From Azolla caroliniana (lineage: Eukaryota; Plantae; Polypodiophyta), in assembly GCA_043228905.1 (NCBI GenBank), contig JBHGNT010000002.1, forward strand, positions 20,026,001 to 20,090,000: a stretch of DNA of 64,000 nt. Reading direction: 5' to 3'. The notes under the pieces are model-generated. The model searched no databases and was not told the DNA's origin. It was given only the letters and a program-made list of their open reading frames with translations. The position numbers and the translations under genes were made by a program. Of this stretch, positions 12,130 to 24,988 are shown one piece after another (within the stretch, counting starts at the first letter, position 1; each line of letters begins with the position of its first letter).

Positions 12130-12770
12130 GTGGATGTTTGGCCTCTCAACGGAGACCCATCGTTCCATTCCCTTCTCTTATGAAGCGACTACAAACCCAT
12201 TTTACCATAGCCCAATCGGTCGTGAACCCATCATCAATTTCGAGGAGGAGCCCCACCTTCTCTCGGTCTCATGCATCAACAACTTTTATGAATAGTAGGA
12301 CCTTTCTTGTGTCAAGCACCGTCCTATCAAGAGCCGAGAGCCGAGAGTCGCGCGAAGCGCTTCTCAAATTCTTGTAGAAGTGCCATAGTATTTCTCCCCT
12401 TGCCGGGAAGCTCAACCCACTCCATTAGATCCCTTTTCGAAATTCTAAGTGAGTCATCAAGGTCGTACTTCTCAGGAGTCTTTCTTCGAACCCCTCCCAA
12501 TTGCAAGAGTCTGCTTGGATCTTGAGTACCTTTGCGTGGATACTTGGCATTACCACTCTAGCGAATCCAGTTAGGCGCCTATCCTCGGGGATGTTTCGCA
12601 TAAACATTTCGGCCTTATAGGCATCCAAGTAGCTCGTGGTATCTCTTCCATTGAACCGACCCGTTGTTCTGACCACCGTCTCTATGGCCCGGTCTAGGCC
12701 GATGATGCCTTCTCAAGCATTTACCAAGCAGTTCGCCGCCGCCGCCATCGCTTTAGCGAGTTCTCCTCCT
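12130..12770 (-). pseudogene. Truncated Gypsy gag of element G2 (same lineage as G1)
   Basis: VRTTGRFNGRDTTSYLDAYKAEM...WEGFEERL aligns with G1 Gag. It is frameshifted and preceded by an identical tRNA-Trp PBS. Confidence 0.75.
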
Positions 12771-12797
12771 CACATCTTGGATCTCTCTTGCCGCCCT

Positions 12798-12815
12798 TTC
12801 ACGTCGGGTTCACCA
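12798..12815 (-). promoter_or_regulatory. tRNA-Trp PBS of G2
   Basis: The same 18-mer as 626-643, lying 5 nt from the LTR end at 12821. Confidence 0.8.
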
Positions 12816-13107
12816 ATTTATGCCACGATGTTTCGCACGTGTGTGTTACTTGGGCGGGACCACGGGGGTCTTGGACTAGGGAGTACTAAAGGGATAGAGA
12901 AGACCCGAGGTTTGCTTTACGACAATACTACTTCCAGACCCCTTCTCGAGCAAGGGCTCATTGCCCCTTTTGTGAGTCCGATGGCTTTCGTTGATCACGA
13001 CTAGTCGAGGTTTCGAGATCACCGCACGAGCCAAGTGATCAAACGGGTACAAGCAAAGATGAGCATGCAAGATGAACACACAAGGGGATGATAACATAAG
13101 CATGAAT

Positions 13108-15605
13108 GACCGTACGTCTTTATGAGGAGGAGAGGTGCATGGGCACGCCCGAACGCTCCCTTGTCACAAGACGTCGAACGTACAAGGAAGGCACAAAACA
13201 CACACACAAATACTCGTACGCCTTTATGAGGAGGAGAGGTGCATGGGCAACCCCGAACACTCCCTCATCACAAGACGACCGAGTACAAGGAATACACAAA
13301 CACGCGCACAAATGCTTGTACGTCTTTATGAGGAGGAGAGGTGCATGGGCACGCCCGAAACGCTCCCTCGTCACAAGATGGTCGAACATACAAGGAAGAC
13401 ACAAACACACACACAAAATGCTCGTATGCCTTTATGAGGAGGAGAGGTGCATGGGCATGCCCGAAACACTCCCTCGTCACAAGACGGTTGAACGTACAAG
13501 GAAGACACAAACACACGCACAAATGCTCGTAGATCTTTATGAGGAGGAGAGGTTTATGGGCATGCTCGAAACGCTCCCTCGTCACAAGACGGCCGAACGT
13601 TGTCGCAGTGTAATTCACACACTACATGAAAATTGCATTTTGGTCCTTCCGGATGGGACGAGGAATCAGAAAGAAAGACCCAGTGCGTACCGGATGAAGG
13701 ATGGAATCGGCAAGAAAGACCCGGTGAGAACCGGATGGAATCGGTAAGGAGGAACCGGATGAAGGATGGAATCGGCAAGGAGGAACTGATAAGGAGACCG
13801 GGTAAGAACCGGATCAAGCAGAACCGGCAAGAGTCGGATAAAGAAGGCCGATGAGAGTCTCTCACCGGATGAAGAGACAAATTTGTAAATAGAAGAAAAG
13901 ATTGTTACATGCATAGGGCAAGATTCGAACCCTGTACCTCCATGTTAACGAATTTTAAGCCTTACCACTATACTAGTATATTATGAATTGTAAAGTTATA
14001 CTAAATTTTATCCCATGCAAATATTCTAGATATGCATGGTACAAAAAGTTATTCATGCATTATAAACTCGAGTTAAAAGAAAAGATGGGATAGAAAGCTA
14101 ATCATGCACATGCAGTGTGCATGAAAACTAAAGTTAGAAAAAGCATGATGCTTGCATGTGATAAATTAAGACTCTCTCATCACTGTATAAGGATGGGGAG
14201 CTCAATGTAATGGGGTGTGAAATACTTGGAAATTGGATATATTTCCGAAAACACCAACCAATTAATATATTCGTGGGATTCACAAAATAATATAATACTT
14301 GTGGGATTCACAAGGTTTGATCTCTTTTCTATTTCTACTCTAAACTATTCTAAACTATTTCAATTTATTACTATGATTAAGATAAACTAAAACAACTCTA
14401 CCTAGTCCATAACCCCAGCGGTTCCCACCCGACTCACGCAAACGATTTGGCGCCGAAAGACACGACAACGTACAAGGAAGACACAAACACACGCACAAAA
14501 TGCTCGTACGCCTTTATGAGGAGGAGAGGGGCATGGGCACGCCCGAAACGCTCCCTCATCACAAGATGACCGAACGTACAAGGAAGACACAAACACACGC
14601 ACAAATGCTCGTACGCCTTTATGAGGAATGAGAGGTGCATGGGCACGCCCAAACGCTCCCTTGTCACAAGACGTCGAACGTACAAGGAAGACACAAAACA
14701 CACACACAAATACTCGTACGTCTTTATGAGGAGGAGAGGTGCATGGGCAACCCCAGACGCTCCCTCATCACATGACGACTGAGTACAAGGAATACACAAA
14801 CACACGTACAAATGCTTGTACATCTTTATGAGGAGGAGAGGTGCATGGGCACGCTCGAAACGCTCCCTTGTCACAAGACGGCCGAACGTACAAGGAAGAC
14901 ACAAACACATGCACAAAATGCTTGTACGACTTTATGAGGAGGAGAGGTGCATGGGCATGCCCGAAACGCTCCCTCATCACAAGACGGTTGAACGTACAAG
15001 GAAGACACAAACACACGCACAAATGCTCGTATATCTTTATGAGGAGGAGAGGTGCATGGGCATGCCCGAAACGCTCCCTCGTCACAAGACAGTCGAACGT
15101 ACAAGGAAGACACAAACACATGCACAAAATGCTCGTACGCCTTTATGAGGAGGAGAGGTGCATGGGCACGCCCAAAACGCTCTCTCGTCACAAGACACAC
15201 GCACAAATGCTCGTACGTCTTTATGAGGAGGAGAGGTGCATGGGCACGCCTGAAACGCTCCCTCGTCACAAGACGGTTAAACGTACAAGGAAGACACAAA
15301 CACACACAAGAATGCTCGTATGTCTTTATGAGGAGGAGAGGTGCATGGGCACACCCGAAACGATCCCTCATCACAAGACGACCCAACATACAAGGAAGAC
15401 ACAAGCACACACACAAATGCTCGTACGCCTTTATGAGGAGGAGAGGTGCATAGGCATGCCCAAAACGCTCCCTCGTCACAAGACGACCGAACGTACAAGG
15501 AAGACACAAACACACGCACAAATGCTCGTATGCCTTTATGAAGAGAAGAGGTGCATGGGCACGCCCGAAACGCTCCCTCGTCATAAGACGGCCGAACGTA
15601 CAAGT
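13108..15605. repeat. Tandem array of about 16 monomers of about 105 bp, interrupted by solo LTR 13601-14467
   Basis: The unit TTTATGAGGAGGAGAGGTGCATGGGCACGCCCGAAACGCTCCCTCGTCACAAGACG...CGTACAAGGAAGACACAAACACAC recurs about every 102-106 bp, with one unit of about 79 bp. Confidence 0.95.
13601..14467 (+). mobile_element. Solo LTR, diverged family-T variant
   Basis: Termini are TGTCGCAG...GACACGACA and the TSD is ACGT (13597-13600, 14468-14471). The tRNA-like module is at about 13910-13980, and there are extra CCGGAT-rich short repeats in the 5' part. Confidence 0.9.
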
Positions 15606-16210
15606 GGACGAGAACAAAGAAAGAAAGAAAGAAAGAAAAACACGAATGATATTGGCTAAGGAAATAAACACGTGTTCAATTCCAACGCAAGAGGGCCCTT
15701 TATAAAATAGGACTTGATTACAATGTGGCAACTTCTAGTTAACCACAAGCTCAACAAAACATAAATACTAAATGCCCTTAAAGACAAAAGAAAATCCGAA
15801 CACAGAGCACGTAGCACGAACACGACAAAGAAGAACACACAAGCAGCACAAAAATGCCGACCCCTACGAACCACGACCACCCAAACGGCAAGCACATGGG
15901 CTCGCAACGACGAATGAGGCTTGCAACGTCGAACCAACGAAGCTCGGGCTCACAAGCATTGTAAACGAGCACTTCGAGTGTCAACGCGAAGAAGACCAGT
16001 ACGTGGCAATGAGGGGATGAAGGGGTATGAGATGAAGAAAAGTGGTGAAGAAGAAGATGAAGATCTCCGAAGGAAAACTGACAATAGTTTCCTCCCAAAA
16101 CGTCCTCCCAAATGAGCCCCCCTCGACCTCCTTTTATAGGAAAAAAAGAAGGGGGGTCGCCAATTTTGTCTTCAATGCAAAAGGAATAAAATTCCTTAAA
16201 TCACGCTACA

Positions 16211-16521
16211 TTGTAAGACCGGATTTGAACAGTGCACCTCTAGCTAGAAGTCAATGTGACTATCGACAAGTCCATTAACTGTCTCTTATATAATATATAA
16301 TTCTATCTCTACAAATTCATAGCTTGTCTCCCCTCAACTTTTTATCTCTCCTCTCTCTTTCTTTTTACAAGAGGTTCTATACCTCCTTTCCACCCTTTCT
16401 TTTCCCTTTTATTTTGCATGTGCACAATTAATTGCCTTTGTGTGCACACACATTGCACATGCTCATTTTGACCGCCCCTTTCATCGGTTTTTCCCACTCT
16501 CGATCACGCCACATCACGACA
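16211..16521 (-). mobile_element. 5' portion of an LTR related to 9901-10624, inserted into the Copia C4 RT
   Basis: The minus strand starts TGTCGTGATG and shares a TGTGCACATGCA-AAAAGGG segment with the 9901 LTR. The flank ACGC at 16522-16525 is Copia RT sequence (compare about 63759). Confidence 0.55.
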
Positions 16522-19083
16522 ACGCAGTGATCGGCTTGCGTTTTGTGGTACCCTTGATCGGTCATGAAGGAATTGAACTTCCGGTACCATTGCCAGGGGG
16601 CTTACTTCAATCCGTATAAGCTCTTCTTCAACCGGCACAGTAAGTGCTCCTTCCCTTTCTTCTCAAATCCTTCCGGTTGATGCATGTATATCTCTTCTTC
16701 GAGGTCGCCATGTAGGAATGCCGTCTTGACGTCCAATTGCTCTACCTCGAGGTCCATGCTTGCCACTATGCCCAATACCGTCCGGATGGATGTCATCTTT
16801 ACTACCGGGGCAAAGATCTCATCGAAATCCACACCTTTCTTCTGCTGGAAACCCTTCACCACGATCCGGACCTTGTACCTCCGTGGATTTCTAGCGTCTC
16901 CCGGTTTCAACTTGTACACCCACTTATTCCAGAGTCCTCTCTTTCCTTTTGGTAGCTCCGTCAATTTTTATGTGTGGTTCTCATGTAAGGAATCCATCTT
17001 GTCCTACATGGCACTTAACCACTTGTGGTTGTGGGTGTCTTTCTTTGCTTCCTCGAAGCTTTCCAGCTCCCCCTCATCAGTCAGCAACACGTGCTCTGTA
17101 TTTGGGAATCTCCGGGGGGCTCTTCTCTCTCGGAGAGGATATCTCTGACCTTGGTTTTCGGCAACTGGTTCCTCCGTCTGTTCCGAATCCGAATCCGATT
17201 CGGGATCTTGTCTTCTTCTTCTTCTTCTTCTTCTTCTTCAGTCGGTTCAGTTTCTTGTCTAAATCCGATCGGTTCCTCGAGTGTCATCTGGTTCCCGGCT
17301 AACATCCGGTTTTCATTGGATGATCTAGAGTTCTTCACCTTCTTCTCCGACTCCCAGTGGGCAATGGTCCTGTCTTCCATGAAGATTATATCCCGACTCC
17401 AGAACACCTTCTTGTCAACTAGGTCCCACACTCGATAACCAAACTCATCATCGCCGTATCCAAGGAATATGCAAGGCTAGGATTTCGGATCCAACTTTGC
17501 TCTCTTGTCCTTTGCAACATGCACATATGCGAGACATCTGAACACCTTCAAATGCCGGTAAGACACGTCTTTACCAGTCCATACTCTCTGTGGTGTGTCT
17601 CCGTCCAAGGGTGCTGCGGGTGATTTGTTTATCACATACGTCGCCGTCATCAGCGCCTCAGCCCAAAACGTCTTGTGTAGCTTTGCATGTGCTAGCATGC
17701 TCTGGAATCTCTCCATTATGGTCTTGTTCATCCGTTCAGCCATGCCGTTCAATTTCGGCATCTTCAGCACAGTAAATTTGAGCTGGATTCCCTTCGACCG
17801 ACAGTACTCCTCGAACTGCCCCTGGTATTCTCGTCCGTTATCTGCTTGAACTGCCTTCAGCTCCAACTGGTTTCTCTTTCCACTCTCACGTGGAGCTCCT
17901 TGAAGACGGATAACACCTAATCCGTTGTCTTCATCGGTGAGACCCACAACTTCTGGTTGTGGTTGCCTATGTACATCATGAAGTACTGCGATCCGGCATG
18001 TGACTTCGTGTCCACTTGACACACATCGATATGCTCCAACTCCAGTGGTGCATTCCATCTCATCAGTGGTCTTGACCGGAAGGAGGTTCGGTTTTGCTTG
18101 CCGGCCAAGCAATCGGTGCACTTCTCAAGTTGCACGTCCTTTACCGGAATGAGATTGTCTTCGGCAAGTCTCTTCATCCCCTTCTGACTCATGTGACACA
18201 ACCTCTTGTGCCATAGCTCACTGGCAGTGTCGGATGCTACGTTCACTTCTTCCCGGCATATTCGGGCATGCATCAAATACAATGTGTTGATCTTCCGGGC
18301 TCAATCCACGGTCTGGCTTCCTTTGCTAAATTTCATGACTCCATTCCGGATGCTACCCGTGTAACCTTCATCATCTAACCAACCGACTGATATTAGGTTC
18401 AACCGAACGTCTGGAACGTGTCAGACTTCTTTCAACAACAATTTGCCGACTATGTAGGATGAGAAACATTTCCGGTCCGGTGTAAGATGGAACGATGCTC
18501 CGGAATCGACAATCCACGTTGTCTCATCACCGATAAGGATTAACTCATTCTCCTTGATAATGAGCATAAGTTCTTCTTCACTTGTCGCGATCGCCGACGC
18601 TCCTTTCCGATCCGAACCTCTCTAGCCCGAACTCTTCTTCGGATCGGTGGTGTCAGCTCCCTTCTCTTTCCGGAAATGCCGATAGTTCTTCTGGAAGTGC
18701 CCCAGCTTCCCACAGTAGAAGCAAGTAGGCCTCCCCCTTGACTTTAACCTTCTCCCCGATTTATCTCGTTTTGGGGACTCTGATTTCAGCCTCTTCCCCG
18801 GTTATGGTCATCTTCCATGACCAAGGCCTTCGGATTGGTTTCAGACTCCCGGTCCTTCCGACAAGCTTCTTCATCTAGCAAGCTTGAATTTACCCTTGCT
18901 AGGGACAACTGCTTTCCTTCCGGCCTGGTGTTGCCCAACTTGACAACTAGCGTCTCCCAACTATCCGGGAGGGAACCAAGCAGGAGCAATGTAAGTACCT
19001 TGTCAGCCAGAGGTACTTCAAGCAAAGTTGTTTGGTTTATGAGCCCATGAAATGCGTTCATGTGCTCCACCATGCTGGATCCG

Positions 19084-22000
19084 TGTTGAGCGGCAAGCTC
19101 GACCGGAGCCGGATCGGCTGAATAAGCCGGAGCTGGTAAGCGAGACGGATCGGGCGAAACGGATCGGTATGACGGTGACAACCGAACCGGCAAGCAATGG
19201 AGGCCGGGTGCAATCCCTAACCGGAAGTCCAATCGGAAGCCTAGTATAGGATAGACTACTAGGTAGCTATAGTCTCGTAGTAAGTGTCAGATGCTTGTGT
19301 GAGCATTGAAGTACATGGTACTTCTGTCAGTCCCAAGAGGACTTGTATAAATAGTGCTGCTTAGCACAGTGTGTGTACAGAGTCTGAAAATAATTTTGAA
19401 ATCACGTTCTGCTCTCTCTGTCTCTGTCTGTTTGTCTGTCTCTCTCTGTGTTGTTCTCTGTTTTACGCTTCCGCAAACACTCACGTTTACATGGTATCAG
19501 AGCGCGAGGGTTGAGAACCTCTGCTGCAGACATTTACTCTTGAGAAGAAAACCCTAACAGGTCGAAAACAGACACAGTAGAAGACATGGATAGAGGCATG
19601 GCTACGTCGCTCCCGGTGGAGAAGCTCGACAGGAGCAACTACGCATCCTGGTCTTACAAGATGCACCAGTACCTGCTTGGATACGGGTACTGGAGTTATG
19701 TCGAAGGAGCGAATGATGCGGCGCCGGACTCGGCACACAAGGACTTCCCTGTATGGGAACATGCGGCAAGCAGGGTGATGTACTGCTTCGCGTCCAGTGT
19801 CGGCGATCAGCAGCTCAGCCATATCTGTGACGCCAAGACACCGAAGGATGCTTGGGGGAACCTGAAAAAGGTTTTCGCCGCAAGCACCACTGCCCGGAAG
19901 CTGCAACTCAGACAGGAGTTGAGCAATGTTCGACAGAAGAACATGTCCGTGGCAGACTACATGAGCCGGATAAAGGAGATATGCGACTCGCTCGCCTCTA
20001 TCAATGTTACCGTAGAGGAAGATGAGATGGTGCAGGTATGTCTCGGAGGCCTGGCGTTCACGTTCGGAGCGTTCCAGACTGCGGTGTGTACAAGGGAGAA
20101 TACCCCCTCATTCTTTGACTTACAGTCGATGCTCCTTGTAGAGGAGAACCACGCCGGTACATCTACCAGTGCATCCCCGGACAGCCGAATGCTGTACATG
20201 GGAACGGATCGGCTCCATGGGCGTGGTGGAAGAGGTGGGTCGGCACGCAGTGGAGGCAGCCGGCTAGAGCAGGAACGGAGGCACTATGAGCGTGCCGACA
20301 GCAGTTCCGGGACTTCCACAAGCAGGGGGAGTCAAGGAGGTGCCGGAGGCCGGCAAGACAAATCCGCTACGGAATGCTGGTATTGTGGCAAAAAAGGCCA
20401 CAGGGAAAGCGAGTGCTGGAGAAAGCGTGCCGATTCGGACAAATCCGGATTCGGCAAGACCGGTAAGGATGGCTGGCAAAACTTCCACTACGCAAATGGA
20501 TCAGGAGGATCCGGAACCGGAAAGGCCGGTAAGGGGCCAGCCTTGGTGATGAATCACAAGGCAAACTCAATGAAGAAGACCACTTCCAAAACGGAGGAAG
20601 TGTGGTATGTTGATTCCGGCGCGTCGAACCACATGATGAGCCACAAAGAGTGGTTCTCCTTTCTGGAGAAACCGGATCGACCAAGAGTAGTCAAAACTGG
20701 AGACGACACTCCTCACCCAATTGTGCACGTCGGAGAAGTCCCTCTAAGCCATGTCGGACAGAAAGGGAAGCTGATGAACGTATTACACGTTCCGACAATC
20801 ACGAAGAACCTGGTGTCCGTCGGTCAGATTGTCGACCAGGGGATGCAGGTGCGGTTTACGCACCTCGGGTGCTTCATTGAGGATGAGGGCAAAGTCATTG
20901 CACAAGGGTGCATAGACGGGAGGATGTTTATCCTCAACACCAATGACTTTGGCACCGCTCTGTTCGCGAAACGACAGAAGGTCGAGTCGGACATCGACCT
21001 GTGGCACAAGCGGATAGGCCACGTCAACTACCGGAGGCTTCAAGACCTACAAACGAAACAAGTCGTTTTCGGTTTGCCAAAGTTCAGCGGCCGGAGAGCC
21101 GAAATTTGTGAAGTTTGCCAACTTGGGAAGCAACACCGGCTTCCATTCCCCACCGAACGGAACCAGAGCCGTAACAAGCTCGATCTCATCCATTCGGATG
21201 TGTGGGGACCGACATAAAGTGTAAGCCTTGGCGGGAGCCGATACTTCGTCTCCTTCATCGACGACTATACTCGACATACTTGGATCTACCTCATTGAGCG
21301 GAAGAGCGAAGTCTTCGACTGTTTCCGGAGCCTCCAGAAGATGGTGGAACGGGAATCGGAGAGGAAGATCAAATGCCTTCGGTCGGATGGCAGAAAGGAA
21401 TATTTTTCCGGCCAATTCACTAGTTATCTGCAACAGAAGGGAATTCGGCGAGAGTTCAACTGCAGATACACACTAGAGCAAAACGGTGTTGCCGAAAGGA
21501 AGAACTGGACACTCGTCGAAGCGGCAAGGGCAATGTTGGAGGAGAAGAGCATGCCCCGGTTCTACTGGGTGGAGGCGGTCCGGACGGCCGTCTACATACA
21601 AAACCACATTGGTGACAAGGTGTCAGCTCATGAGCTGTATTTCTGGCGCAAGCCGAACTTAGGACACCTTCGGATATTCGGCAGCATAGCGTATGTGCAT
21701 GTGCCGGATCAGAAGCGGAGAAAGCTGGATGCAAAATCAGAAAAATGCATCCTAGTCGGCTATGCTCAAGAGCAAAAGGGGTATAAGTGCTATAACCGCC
21801 GGACGAAGGAAGTCCGAGTTAGCCGGGATGTCGAGTTCGATGAACCGGCATCCTGGTACTCCGTACCGACTCCGACTTCCGATCCCGACCCAATGTCGGA
21901 AGATCAGGCCAGTGAGCCTGAATCAGTCCTGGCAGAGGATGATGAAGTCGGGACTCAAGATGAGAGTCCGGAATCGTTACGGTTGAGTGGACCGAACGAG

Positions 22001-24911
22001 CGACTGAGTCGGTTGGACCAGTCGGATGAAGAGACAGCAAGTGGTGGAAACTCTGCCGTGCTCTCCCCGCACAAGGAACCGAGGAAACGGTTCATGCGCA
22101 AAGAGAAGGGGAAGAGGAAGATGCAGGAATTCGAAACCGGCAACGATGAGTCGGATCGGTGCGTATCCGACTCCGGAAAGGAGAAAGGCGGATCTTCGGC
22201 AACGAAGACCGAACTGGCCAAGAAGGGCCTCAAATCAGGTGACGGTGCGTTGCGCCGATCAACCCGCCAGAAGGATCCCGTCATGCGGTACGGGTACAAT
22301 GAATACATGGCGCATCATTATGCGTACATGACTAAGGTAACAGAAGTGCGTGAGCCAGAGAGCTACGCAGAAGCGGCAAAGGACGCAAGTTGGCGTGCCG
22401 CTATGGACGAAGAAATGCGGGCACTCGATGCCAACGAAACTTGGGACCTAGTTGATCCTCCCCGTCACTGTAAACCGATCGGATGCATGTGGGTGTACAA
22501 AGCCCGGTTAGTGGCGAAGGGATACGCGCAGACCCACGGAATCGACTACGACGAGACCTTCGCTCCTGTGGCGAAGATGACGACGGTTCGTGTGGTACTG
22601 GCGGTTGCTGCGGCAAGGGGGTGGCATCTTCACCAGATGGATGTGAAGAACGCCTTCCTTCAAGGAGAGCTTGAAGAAGAAGTCTTTATGACTCAGCCCC
22701 CCGGATTTCAATCGGAGATGAACAAGTCGGCGGTATGCCGACTGAAGAAGTTGCTTTACGGCTTGAAGCAAGCCCCCCGAGCCTGGAACGCAAAGATCAC
22801 GCACCGGTTGCGTAAGTTGGTGTTTGCTGTCTCTAAGGCGGACTCTTCGTTGTTCATCCGGCAAGGCTCTGACGGTCTGGTATGTATACTCTTGTATGTG
22901 GATGATTTAGTCATCACCGGACCGGGTCTTCCCGAAATCAACCACGTCAAGTCCCAGTTGTCGGACGCATTCGAAATGAAGGACCTGGGGGACCTTCATT
23001 ATTTTCTTGGGATCGAAGTGATCCGGACCCCCGACGGCATATTCCTCTCACAATGACATTACGTGTTGAATATGTTGTATAAGTTCGGCATGACGGATTG
23101 CCGACCTGTCTCCACACCCCTGGACCGGAACCAGAAGCTCCGTCCCAACTCCGGACCGGCTTGCAATGAGAAACGGTTCCGACAGGTTGTCGGAAGCCTG
23201 ATCTACTTAACCATCACCCGACCCGACATCAGCTATCCGGTCGGCATGGTAAGTCAGGTCATGCAGAAGCCGACCGTGGAGCACCTTCAGTGCGCGCAAC
23301 GAATATTACGGTATGTCAGCGGCACTAAGGACCGGGGACTGCTATACCGGCGAGGTATACCCGAAGAGCTTGTCGGTTACACAGATGTTGACTGGGCCGA
23401 CGATGCGTCTGATCGCCGCTCCACTTCCGGATACATGTTCTCCATAGGTAGCACGGCCGTTGCGTGGAGCAGCAAGAAGCAGCCCACAGTGGCTTTGTCA
23501 AGCACTGAGGCTGAGTACTGGGCCGCTACTGTTGCCACTTGTGAAGCCATCTAGCTTCGGCGACTGCTGCGAGACTCGCGGATTGAGGTACCGACCCCGA
23601 TCCCGATTTACTGCGATAACATGAGCAGCCTGCAGCTCCCCAGGAACCCTGTGTTCCATGCTCGCACAAAGCACATCGAAGTGCACTACCACTTCATACG
23701 TGAGCGGGTCCTGAGCGGTGAAGTTGACCTACGGTATGTTCATACGGATCGGCAAGTTGCCGACATCTTCACCAAGCCGCTCGGATCGGACAAGTTGTAG
23801 CACTTTACCGACATGGTCGGTATTCAGCATCTTGACGTGCCGCACTTGAGGGGGAGAAGCAAGGGCAAAGTCTTTACCGAAACGGGCAAAGGCCAAAAAA
23901 TTGTTGAACCCGTCGGTAAGAGGAGAGCCGGAAGAAGAGGAGACAAGAAGATGACGGAAGCCAAGTCGACGAAGGAAGTCGACACATCCGAACAGGTCGG
24001 AGCAAGCGGTTGTGAAGAAGAGTTGTGCACTCAGGAAGAGAAGTGCATGCTGTGCGGAGGTCATCACGACGGTACTGACCATGATGCGGAGTCGAATGAA
24101 GAATTCGATTTCGGTTCACCGGCTGAAGAAGCCGAGGGAAGCATGGAGAAGGCCAAGACTCAGAAGTGGTCCGATGTGGTGAGAGGCCTGAAGCCGGAAG
24201 TCGAATCGGAGTATACCGATTTGGACAAGAGCTGGAACAAGTCAGAGACAGCTGACTCGGATCAACAGATGGATCCGGATGAGTCGGATCGACTGAAGGC
24301 CAAGGGGACATGGACACAGCGGAAGTCGATGCCATCGTGGGAGAACCGACGGATCGGCAAGCGCCGGAGTCACAACAACATGAGTGCTGAGATGGGCCTA
24401 TTGAGCAGACATGCCGACCGAGAGGGTCGAGGCGCGTAGAACCAAAGGGGTCGCGGCAAACGGGACCAGACCGGACGAGGAGCGTGAGCAAGGCGGAGTG
24501 ACACCAGGAGAAGTCGGTTGGAAGAACCGACTACCATAGAGGTCGACACTACGACCCCACCTCAGGTTGAGCTTGAGGGGGAGTGTTGAGCGGCAAGCTC
24601 AACCGGAGCCGGATCGGCTGAATAAGCCGGAGCCGGTAAGCGAGACGGATCGGGTGAAACGGATCGGTATGACGGTGAGCAACCGAACCGGCAAGCAGTG
24701 GAGGCCGTGTGCAATCCGTAACCGGAAGTCCAATCGGAAGCCTAGTATAGGATAGACTACTAGGTAGCTATAGTCTCGTAGTAAGTGTCAGATGCTCGTG
24801 TGAGCATTGAAGTACATGGTACTTCTGTCAGTCCCAAGAGGACTTGTATAAATAGTGCTACTTAGCACTGTGTGTGTACAGAGTCTGAAAATAATTTTGA
24901 AATCACGTTCT

Positions 24912-24948
<37 letters not shown>

Positions 24949-24988
24949 TGTTCTCTGTTTTACGCTTCTGCAAACACTCACGTTTACA
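19084..24988 (+). mobile_element. Full-length Ty1/Copia C2 (same lineage as C1)
   Basis: LTRs at 19084-19491 and 24584-24988 differ by about a dozen substitutions. TSD is ATCCG (19079-19083, 24989-24993). PBS TGGTATCAGAGC is at 19492-19503 and the PPT at 24574-24583. Confidence 0.95.
19586..24439 (+). pseudogene. C2 gag-pol: one reading frame with four premature stops and a roughly 195-aa extension after RNase H
   Basis: ORFs starting at 19586, 21341, 23063 and 23813 are all in the same frame, with stops at 21215, 23054, 23552 and 23798. Motifs include CWYCGKKGHRESEC, VDSGASNHM, integrase core, LYVDDL and RTKHIEVHYHFIRE. RT has an in-frame 13-codon deletion relative to C1. Confidence 0.92.

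Larger units (their letters stand above)
12821..16210 (-). mobile_element. Long 5' LTR of G2 (about 2.5 kb without the nested insert), containing a tandem array
   Basis: Minus-strand termini are TGTAGCGTG...CGTGGCA, with the PBS adjacent. The right boundary is inferred from the TG...CA terminus only. Confidence 0.65.

Noticed and set aside
13108-15605. Possible hammerhead ribozymes (retrozyme-like) in the 105-bp monomers: GAAACG-ctccct-CGTC resembles stem III plus a GUC site
   Set aside because: The essential CUGANGA core reads TTTATGA, lacking the invariant G5, and no convincing stem II is present. An Infernal search with hammerhead models would settle it.
13106-15731. Long repetitive ORFs on both strands (for example 272 and 286 aa)
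   Set aside because: They are by-products of a roughly 105-bp repeat, are open in several frames at once, and show no recognisable domain.
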